Shown piece by piece: positions 26,577-34,122 of a stretch of DNA of 38,393 nucleotides. The notes beneath the pieces were generated by a model that made no database searches, was not told the origin of the DNA, and saw only the letters and a program-made list of their open reading frames with translations. Position numbers and translations under genes: made by a program. The stretch's first letter is position 1. Each line of letters opens with the position of its first letter. Origin of the DNA: a virus (Duplodnaviria > Caudoviricetes). The DNA lies in the IMG/VR virus record IMGVR_UViG_3300035135_002099, positions 1 to 38,393 of that record, one strand, 5' to 3'.

Positions 26577-27596
26577 TTATGCTCCAATGAACTTTATTCT
26601 AATTATTCCGCCGCCGCCTCGCGTACCATAATCTCTAACACTACTTGCTGTGCTTGCGCCTTGACCTGGTATTGCAGGAGGAATATGTGCGGAACAATGA
26701 TTGTTTTCATAACATCCACAGGTTCTGTTGCTATTCCAGCATTGACTGTTTACTCCTCCAATTTTACTACTTAGTCTTCCTGCTCCTGCTATTGCTAATC
26801 TAATCTGTCCAGGGCCATCTCCAGTACCGCCTGTATTCGCAGAATAACACTCTCTTGCGTAAATTAATTGGGCACCTTCTTCTGCTATAATGCCTGGAGG
26901 TACACCTAAATAATCATTCTGAGTACATCTACAAGGATAACATCTCCAGAATTCACTCTTACTGTGATTGTGTGTAACATCAGTTGGGTCTCCTGAATTA
27001 CAGTTTACGTCTCCTCCATATGCACACCGTGGATTCCAAAATCTTACATTACAAATCATTCCGCATGATGAGCCGTAATCTGTAAAACAAAATCCATTTG
27101 CTCGGAAACAACAGTAAGGTTGTGAACTTCCGTTACAAAAAGTCATGCCGCCTGCTCCGCCTTGTGAACATATGCAAAAACATGTGCTATTCCCTGTTGG
27201 TCCACTTAATGTACCATTTGGCGAACATACTGTAATACAACTTGCTTGACTACATCCTTTAAAGCATAAATTATCATTAGAGCAAGATGCTCCTACAAAC
27301 CCTCTAAGCCAAGTTGCGCCGTCAACTGTTACAGTACGTCTTGCATAAGCAGGTGGGTTGCCGGGAATACCTGCTCCGCAACAACACATTTTGCCGCTAC
27401 TTCCTGCAGCACCCCAAACCTCAATCACTGCTGTTCCTGCACCCGGAAAATTATAGCATACGTTTTGTGTTGCTTGTATCCCGCCTTCAGTTAAACCTCC
27501 ACTTTGAGTAAAAGTAGTTACTATACCTTTTTCTAAATTAGTTTCACTTACGAAAGGACTTGTTTTACCTGATAATATGTTTGATAGTACTGCCAT
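26577..27596 (-). CDS. Cys/Gly-rich adhesin-like protein, paralog 2 (about 28 Cys)
   Basis: IEVWGAAGSSGKMCCC...PGNPPAY...GGDVNC...CGCYE...RGGGGIIRIKF. Confidence 0.7.
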   Translation of the reverse strand: MAVLSNILSGKTSPFVSETNLEKGIVTTFTQSGGLTEGGIQATQNVCYNFPGAGTAVIEVWGAAGSSGKMCCCGAGIPGNPPAYARRTVTVDGATWLRGFVGASCSNDNLCFKGCSQASCITVCSPNGTLSGPTGNSTCFCICSQGGAGGMTFCNGSSQPYCCFRANGFCFTDYGSSCGMICNVRFWNPRCAYGGDVNCNSGDPTDVTHNHSKSEFWRCYPCRCTQNDYLGVPPGIIAEEGAQLIYARECYSANTGGTGDGPGQIRLAIAGAGRLSSKIGGVNSQCWNSNRTCGCYENNHCSAHIPPAIPGQGASTASSVRDYGTRGGGGIIRIKFIGA

Positions 27597-27605
27597 TATT
27601 TTTTC

Positions 27606-28607
27606 CTATTTAAATGTAATCCTTACTGCTCCTGCGCCGCCGCGCCATCCGTGATTTCTAACACTTGAACAAGGAGTCGCAATTGGACCGCCTATGCCAT
27701 GTGGCACCATATGAGTTGCTGCTGTATTACACTCATAACATCCGCACATTCTACCAGCTCCCCAACAAAAACTTCCAGGAAGTCCAACTGACGGTGCTTT
27801 ATTATGAGCGTTCAACGCATATATAAACTGTTTCATTCCAACACCTGAAGGTCTATCAATTGTGTGTCCACAGTGCATAGTATACCCTACTAAACCACCG
27901 CATTCTGATACATAACCTGGTGGTACAGCATTTGTTCCGTACATATGACACTGACAGCAAGGATTACAATGGGATAGTGCTATACATGAGAACTGTGGTG
28001 AAATATTTACATCTCCACCGGTTGCTGTTGCCATTTCGCCTGCTTTGTAATTACATACAATTCCGCAACCACTGCTGCCGCCGCTGAAGCCGCCAGCTAC
28101 AGTTGCAAAGTTTTGCCCTGGGTAACCACATGCTGTTGCACAACAAAACATTGAGCCGCCGCTTACACAAAATGCTTCTCCGCCTCTGCCGCCTCCAGCA
28201 CACATTGTTCCGTTACCTTGTGCTCCGCCAGTAATCCAACATACACATGTTGGCTGACTAATGCCTTTAACACAAAGTCCGTCGTTGACACAAGATTCTC
28301 CAATATTCATACATATTGTTTCATTTTGCGACATTACTATAGTTTTCTTTGCATACGCTCCTGGATTGCCTGGCATAGCAAATCCGCAACAGCACATTTT
28401 ACCCACAGATCCGCCGGCACCCCAAATTTCGACAATGGCCGTGCCGTTTGTCGGTGCTGTCCATGTATTACATTGGTTACATGGTCCGTGTGTATTGTTA
28501 TTATAGTTTTGCAGTGTGAAGTAATAGATTTGACCTTTTTCAAGGTTCGTCTCATTTCCGCCGCCTGTGCCTAATCTAGACTGTACTATTGTTGATAATG
28601 ATGCCAT
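27606..28607 (-). CDS. Cys/Gly-rich adhesin-like protein, paralog 1 (about 29 Cys)
   Basis: WTAP...VEIWGAGGSVGKMCCC...PGNPGAYAKKTI...GGDVN...CGCYE...RGGAGAVRITF, the phage glycine-rich domain scaffold. Confidence 0.7.
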   Translation of the reverse strand: MASLSTIVQSRLGTGGGNETNLEKGQIYYFTLQNYNNNTHGPCNQCNTWTAPTNGTAIVEIWGAGGSVGKMCCCGFAMPGNPGAYAKKTIVMSQNETICMNIGESCVNDGLCVKGISQPTCVCWITGGAQGNGTMCAGGGRGGEAFCVSGGSMFCCATACGYPGQNFATVAGGFSGGSSGCGIVCNYKAGEMATATGGDVNISPQFSCIALSHCNPCCQCHMYGTNAVPPGYVSECGGLVGYTMHCGHTIDRPSGVGMKQFIYALNAHNKAPSVGLPGSFCWGAGRMCGCYECNTAATHMVPHGIGGPIATPCSSVRNHGWRGGAGAVRITFK

Positions 28608-28619
28608 ATCTAATATTCC

Positions 28620-28952
28620 TTAAGAGCTTGTAATTACCCAACCATATGTTGCGCCTGTGTATAATAAGGTTATAACTGCACCGTCAACGTCTGCTACTAG
28701 ATCTTCTGCTGCTCCGTTTATCAAAGAACTGTTTCTTCCTATTGTAACATTGTTACCGTTAAACCCGCCTGCTACATCAATGATTTGTATTTGATCGCCT
28801 ACTAATAAACTTGTGTTTGTTGGCAGTGTAATTGTAAAAGCACCACCACTACTATCAGCAAGGATTCTATCATTAACAGTAGCACTAAAGGTTGTTGAAA
28901 CTTCCCTAATAACTGGACTTGCAGTACCTGTTGTTGTTATGTATCTACCCAT
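28620..28952 (-). CDS. Stand-alone tail-fibre connector domain (gp34/gp9-like beta-sandwich)
   Basis: DSSGGAFTITLP...GDQIQIID...FNGNNVTIGRN...LLYTGATYGW. AAAGGA RBS and CATAAATA at 28975-28982. Confidence 0.65.
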   Translation of the reverse strand: MGRYITTTGTASPVIREVSTTFSATVNDRILADSSGGAFTITLPTNTSLLVGDQIQIIDVAGGFNGNNVTIGRNSSLINGAAEDLVADVDGAVITLLYTGATYGWVITSS

Positions 28953-28977
28953 TGTATTATTCCTTTGTTAATTGTAT

Positions 28978-29298
28978 TTATGCCGTAGGCGTCTCGATAC
29001 CAAAAGCAACTGCTGAAACATTTGATCCTGACGACCTTACAACTAATTTCTTTCCTGCATCAAGTACAATCCCTGTTCTTTCTAGCACACCTTTTGCTAG
29101 AAGTTCTACATCATATTCTATATACTCAGCATTTACCGGAGTATCAAGATCTGCTACTGCAATTCTTACTGATACAGCTGAGTTTCCTCTGTTGCAAATT
29201 GATACACTTGTTACTGCGAATGTATCAACCGGACACGTATATAATGTATTGTTTACGTCTCCTGTTAAGTCTGCAACTCCTAATCTACCTGTGGCCAT
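28978..29298 (-). CDS. Small virion structural protein (106 aa)
   Basis: TLYTCP...VSICNR...VRIAV...EYIEYD...VLERTGIVL...VSAVAFGIE. GGAGA RBS. Confidence 0.6.
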   Translation of the reverse strand: MATGRLGVADLTGDVNNTLYTCPVDTFAVTSVSICNRGNSAVSVRIAVADLDTPVNAEYIEYDVELLAKGVLERTGIVLDAGKKLVVRSSGSNVSAVAFGIETPTA

Positions 29299-29314
29299 TT
29301 TATTTTATCTCCAT

Positions 29315-32300
29315 TTATTGCGTTAAAAAGTAGTTCATTGCTACGGGAACACCGTCTACACCTTTTTCGAAATTCATTTTTTGCACAACTGTAATTTCGT
29401 TACCGGTAGTAGTGGTAATTTCTTGTCCTGAAATTTGGACTTGTCCAGCTGTGATACTATTTACATTTAGCGTAGCTGCACCACCACCAATTTGTGATGT
29501 AATATATGTTCTAATAGCTTTTTGTGTTGGAACAATATTATCACTGTCTGCTGTAAAAGTACCGTCTGTGCTAAATTCATTAATTGTTGCTCCAGTACCA
29601 CCTAATGCTAACTCACCTAACGTAAGTTCTTGTAGTCCTGACAAATTAAATGCATCAGCATTTAGTGTTGCAATACCAGTAGATTGTTCAACACTAAACA
29701 GTTCACCTACCCTAAAGTTACCATCTTGGTCTGTTGATGTATAGAAAACTCTACCACCGCCAAAGTTGTTTGTTTCTTTATCTGGATCCGGTGCAATTAA
29801 AGGATCTCCTGGATAGTTTGTATTTGCAAAATTACCAGTACCAATATCAAGGAAGTCGTGTCCTGTTAATCTTACTTGTGAATAACGTAATCTCATTGTT
29901 ATTGTTTCATTATCACTAGGTGCCTGTGTAATTGTTACATCTGGTGCAACTTGTAATTGTGCTGTATAAGGTCCTGTTCCTTGTAAGTCTCTAACAGCAA
30001 CAAGTTTAAATACCTCATTTGGCAAGTGGCCAAACACTAAGTTACTTCCTGCTTCTGGCACATCAGTCATGTTATCAATAATAAACTGTGACCCTACTTG
30101 GAATCTATCCATAAAGCCGTCACCAGTAACTTCTGCAGACGCTGTAGTAAATCCAGTACCTCTATTAGTCCATGTTGGTTGTGCAAGTACTCCGTCGGCT
30201 ATTCTTGCCTGTACCGGAGCATCCACTGTATTATTTGGATCAACAATAGTTATACTTGGAGCACTAAGGTATCCTGAACCTGGATCGTAAATTGTAATAA
30301 GTTGTATCTTACCATCTTCGATTATTGGTCTTCCTTTTGCTCTGTCAGCATATGTAGCCGAAGGTGCATCGGCAAAATCTATATAAGGTTCAATTATGTA
30401 AGTTGTAGTTGCATCTAATGTAGTAAGTGGTGTTAGTCCTGTAAGATGATCCCAACCCGATGTACCATCACTTGCTTTTTCTATTTGTGCTATTTTAGTT
30501 CCGTCGTTGTAGCTAGTAATTCTACCATACTGACCTGCGCCTGCTCCTGCAATGATATATATTGCCATTCCTACATATTGAGAAGGTATACCAATATCTG
30601 TATTTGATAATGTGAGCGTTGTATTTGTTCCGCCTTGAGCTGTGTTTTGAGAAGTTAAATAACCTGCTCCTCCAAAATCCTCATTTGGATCTAACATTCT
30701 TACTTCAAAAACACCACCGTTTTTAACTACTGGTGTATTTACAACTGCGCCAAATCCTTCACCTATCACACTAAATGTTGTTCCACCTGGTGTATATGAC
30801 TGTCCAGCGTTTAAGTATTCGAATGTTAAAATGTTATTACCATCTGTAAATGCTCTTTGTACTTGTGCTTCAAATGATTGGTTGTTTACGCTACCTGTGA
30901 TCGGAGTTTCAGTAGTGTCGACACCTTCAGCAACAGTACCGTATTCACCATAAGATGAGTTACCGTTTGTAGCACGAATCTTACCACCGTTTTCTGCTAG
31001 ATATCCGATATGTCCATAGTATGAGAACACAGATACAAGTTCTGTTCTACCTAAGTTTGTACACCAAACGCCTATGCCGTCTGATAAAATTTGTGTAAAA
31101 TCGTTTGCAACAATTGAGTCATTACCGCCTGCATGTAGGTCACCATCTATCTTACAACCAATACACCCTGTACCAAATGTTGAAACGTTTTGTACGTACG
31201 GAGATTTATTTGTAATCCATGCTCTAGTATCATTTGTGCCCCAACCTGGATCAAGTGATACGTAAGCACCTGCTGTAGGACGTTTTGTACCATAAGAGTT
31301 TGCAGCTCCTAGTGTTCCATTTAAGCCTACTACTGTACAGTTTCTTAAACCTGTACCGTTACGCATGTAGAACATATCTTCTAGTGTTGAACCATTCACT
31401 GCATTTACATAGTATCTACCTGCGTAAATGGCTTTATAGTTGGAAAAAGTCCTTACACCATACTGGGCAGCATCAATATATCTATTTACATCTCTTCTAC
31501 ATTTATCTTGATCATAGGTATATGCTGGATACGTATCTGCAATATATCCAATAATTTCTTCTACCAAAAATGTTCTATTTGCTTCTAGTACTTCTTCAGC
31601 ATACGTGTATTCTGTAGCATATTCTGTAACTGCTCCACTAGATATGCCGGGGTCTGATCCAAGACCATTGATCTTAAAATTAACGTAATCATACAAGTCT
31701 TCTATAATATCTCTTGCTAAAGCACCAGCTACATTATTACCAGCTGGACGGCTTGTTACTTGTGTCTCTGCGTTACTTGTTGACTTTGTGATTGCAATGT
31801 TTTGTACAACATCTGATATAATTAACTGTAGTCTTGCAATTCCTGCCAAACTGTAAGTTGTATCTGAAGAATCTACAAAACTGCCTCCGGCTTTAATTCT
31901 TGTAGAACGTAATTCATCTCCAATTATTGCACACTGTTCGGGAACTATAATTGGAAGAACTTCCTCAAATTCTCCAGTCTTTACAAAGATTGAATCGTTT
32001 GCTTTAACTTGTACTGGAACACTTGTGGTATTACCTGCTGTAATAGCATCTGTAATAATATTAACTAAACTTTCTAAAGTTGTTTGTGCATCTGCTTCTT
32101 CTGTTAAAGTATTATCTATAACTTGTGTAATAGTACCATACGTTGTTGCTGGTGCAACATTTGAAAGTACAGCATCTGCAAAGGTCTTGATTAAATTTAT
32201 ACCATCTGCAGCTTGAGCTTGTGTAGCTGTAGCATATGTATATGTTGTACCTGCAGTGTCAAAATATGTAAGAGCTACAGCTCTTGTTCTAGCATTACCA

Positions 32301-34075
32301 CCATGCGATAAATCCCATATTAGAGCATCTAAGATTTTAGCTGTATCTTCTTCAAAAGTTGCAACGCCTGCTAAACTGTATGTAGCAGTCATATATGCTT
32401 GTATCTCGTCTTGTATGTATGCTCTATTTTTAAATAATAATCTCTTTGCGTTATATCTGAGTGCGCCTTGCTCAACCTGTTCTGCAGCATAACGTACAGT
32501 TTTCCAAGGCTGATCAAGTGTTGAACCATATATTGGCGCTGGCTGATCAACTCCGCTTGGTGCTACATAGTACACATGATTTAACGCACCAACGTAGGAC
32601 CACTCTGGTCTAGTACCTGCTGAGTTTACAACTAAAACCTGTCCAGCTGTTCCCACAGGCAATCTTGTAGGACCTGCACCATCATAGTATATCATGTCGC
32701 CTTGTGTAGTAATTACACTTGTTTCAGGACCTCCGGATACTAGATTCCAATATGTTCCGCTTATGTCTTGATCTGGTCTGTTTTGTAAAGTTACTTCATC
32801 TGAAGTGTGTGCAAGAACACAAACATAACTACTGTCGCTGTAACGTACAGTATCGCCTGCATCATAAAGCGTTGCATCAGTCCATGCCGCTTTCCAATAA
32901 ATGCCGCTATTAAGTCTAGCCCAATAAGTGGCATTAGGTGGACGTTGTGCAGTTTCGTGGCTTGTAATACAAAGATAAGTATATCCACCGAGTGTAACTA
33001 CATCACCAACTTCATAATCTTGATTAGTACTATCGTCTCCGTAGTCTCCTCTAAAATTAAAACCTGTTGAAAATAAGTTCCAATCGTCTGGTGATTCTGT
33101 TGGTTTATTTCCTGTATTATTTCTTATAGCGGCATAAATGTATCCACCGTTAGTTACAAGATCTCCTGCTTCATAATTAGTTGTCGGAGACCATGTATCT
33201 TCAAATTCTAGCCCTTCTACAAATTGTGCCCAATTTGATTGATCTGCTTCTATATTTGTAGTGCTTGTATGATAGGTAGTACAAATCCATATTCCGCCAC
33301 CTGCTTTGACTAAATCATTTATTCTATATCTAGTTAGAGTTTGCCAATCACCTCTATACTCTATTCCTTTATGAAAGTAGTCCCAGTTACCTTGATCTGC
33401 TTCTAAGCCATCTCCTAATGTGGCTGCTGATGTATGACCAGTATTTGCAACATAAACTTGTCCGCCATACTTTACTAAATCATTTACTCTATATCTTGTT
33501 GATACTTCCCAGTCACCAGTCCATTGTAAACCTTTTGAAAATGTATCCCATTTTGATTGATCTGGCTCAAGTCCTAGTGCGTTTGTTGATTGTGCTACGT
33601 GATCTTCTGTACAGATGTATAGTGTAGAATTGTATTTTACAATATCATTAATTTTATATCTTGCACCTGCAACCCAGTCTGATTTATAATCAAATCCCTC
33701 TCCATACAAGTCCCATTTAGCAATATCGTCTCTAACACCTGGGGTTGTTGTTCCTAAACCTTCTAATCCTTCGTCTACTGTAGCTGCACTTGTATGTGAT
33801 GTATTTGCAATATATAATTGGCCACCGTATTTTACTACATCATTAACTCTATAGTATGTGTTTACAGTCCAGTCGCCAACAAAACTCTGTCCTTCGCTAA
33901 GTAAATTCCAATAATTACTTTCATCGTTTGCAAAATTTGATGAGCTTGTATGACCTGCTGTACAAACATATGTGTTTCCTCCGTTTCGGATTACATCATC
34001 TTTATAATATGTCGTAGCGGCAGACCATGTGTTTTTCCACACAAATCTTATTCTACCTAGTTTAAATTCTGCCAT
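29315..34075 (-). CDS. Giant tail fibre/spike protein (1586 aa): eight CBM5/12-like repeats, beta-helix region with two helical inserts, conserved C-terminus
   Basis: Repeats WxxxxxYxxxDxVxYGGxxYxCxxxHTS, YYVAPSG...PWKTVRYA...VKTGEFEE...IIGDELRST (pectin-lyase-like start), RLTGHDFLDIGTG...YTSTDQDGNFRVG. GGAG RBS at 34082-34085. Confidence 0.8.
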   Translation of the reverse strand: MAEFKLGRIRFVWKNTWSAATTYYKDDVIRNGGNTYVCTAGHTSSSNFANDESNYWNLLSEGQSFVGDWTVNTYYRVNDVVKYGGQLYIANTSHTSAATVDEGLEGLGTTTPGVRDDIAKWDLYGEGFDYKSDWVAGARYKINDIVKYNSTLYICTEDHVAQSTNALGLEPDQSKWDTFSKGLQWTGDWEVSTRYRVNDLVKYGGQVYVANTGHTSAATLGDGLEADQGNWDYFHKGIEYRGDWQTLTRYRINDLVKAGGGIWICTTYHTSTTNIEADQSNWAQFVEGLEFEDTWSPTTNYEAGDLVTNGGYIYAAIRNNTGNKPTESPDDWNLFSTGFNFRGDYGDDSTNQDYEVGDVVTLGGYTYLCITSHETAQRPPNATYWARLNSGIYWKAAWTDATLYDAGDTVRYSDSSYVCVLAHTSDEVTLQNRPDQDISGTYWNLVSGGPETSVITTQGDMIYYDGAGPTRLPVGTAGQVLVVNSAGTRPEWSYVGALNHVYYVAPSGVDQPAPIYGSTLDQPWKTVRYAAEQVEQGALRYNAKRLLFKNRAYIQDEIQAYMTATYSLAGVATFEEDTAKILDALIWDLSHGGNARTRAVALTYFDTAGTTYTYATATQAQAADGINLIKTFADAVLSNVAPATTYGTITQVIDNTLTEEADAQTTLESLVNIITDAITAGNTTSVPVQVKANDSIFVKTGEFEEVLPIIVPEQCAIIGDELRSTRIKAGGSFVDSSDTTYSLAGIARLQLIISDVVQNIAITKSTSNAETQVTSRPAGNNVAGALARDIIEDLYDYVNFKINGLGSDPGISSGAVTEYATEYTYAEEVLEANRTFLVEEIIGYIADTYPAYTYDQDKCRRDVNRYIDAAQYGVRTFSNYKAIYAGRYYVNAVNGSTLEDMFYMRNGTGLRNCTVVGLNGTLGAANSYGTKRPTAGAYVSLDPGWGTNDTRAWITNKSPYVQNVSTFGTGCIGCKIDGDLHAGGNDSIVANDFTQILSDGIGVWCTNLGRTELVSVFSYYGHIGYLAENGGKIRATNGNSSYGEYGTVAEGVDTTETPITGSVNNQSFEAQVQRAFTDGNNILTFEYLNAGQSYTPGGTTFSVIGEGFGAVVNTPVVKNGGVFEVRMLDPNEDFGGAGYLTSQNTAQGGTNTTLTLSNTDIGIPSQYVGMAIYIIAGAGAGQYGRITSYNDGTKIAQIEKASDGTSGWDHLTGLTPLTTLDATTTYIIEPYIDFADAPSATYADRAKGRPIIEDGKIQLITIYDPGSGYLSAPSITIVDPNNTVDAPVQARIADGVLAQPTWTNRGTGFTTASAEVTGDGFMDRFQVGSQFIIDNMTDVPEAGSNLVFGHLPNEVFKLVAVRDLQGTGPYTAQLQVAPDVTITQAPSDNETITMRLRYSQVRLTGHDFLDIGTGNFANTNYPGDPLIAPDPDKETNNFGGGRVFYTSTDQDGNFRVGELFSVEQSTGIATLNADAFNLSGLQELTLGELALGGTGATINEFSTDGTFTADSDNIVPTQKAIRTYITSQIGGGAATLNVNSITAGQVQISGQEITTTTGNEITVVQKMNFEKGVDGVPVAMNYFLTQ
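32740..34030 (-). repeat. Eight tandem ~50-60 aa Trp/Tyr-rich repeats (CBM5/12-like; approximate bounds)
   Basis: Cores YYKDDVIRNGG, YRVNDVVKYGG, YKINDIVKYNS, YRVNDLVKYGG, YRINDLVKAGG, YEAGDLVTNGG, YEVGDVVTLGG, YDAGDTVRYSD. Confidence 0.8.
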
Positions 34076-34101
34076 TGATCACTCCAAATGCTTGTATATT
34101 A

Positions 34102-34109
34102 TATTTATC
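34102..34109 (-). promoter_or_regulatory. Late-like promoter GATAAATA
   Basis: Exact motif in the 47-nt gap upstream of the 1586-aa gene. Confidence 0.65.
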
Positions 34110-34122
34110 AATATTCATTATC

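Noticed and set aside
25569-28607. Cys richness as a sign of genetic-code reassignment or eukaryotic origin
   Set aside because: Neighbouring genes have normal Cys levels and intact motifs in the standard code. TAA, TAG and TGA all act as stops, and the scaffold is a phage glycine-rich domain.
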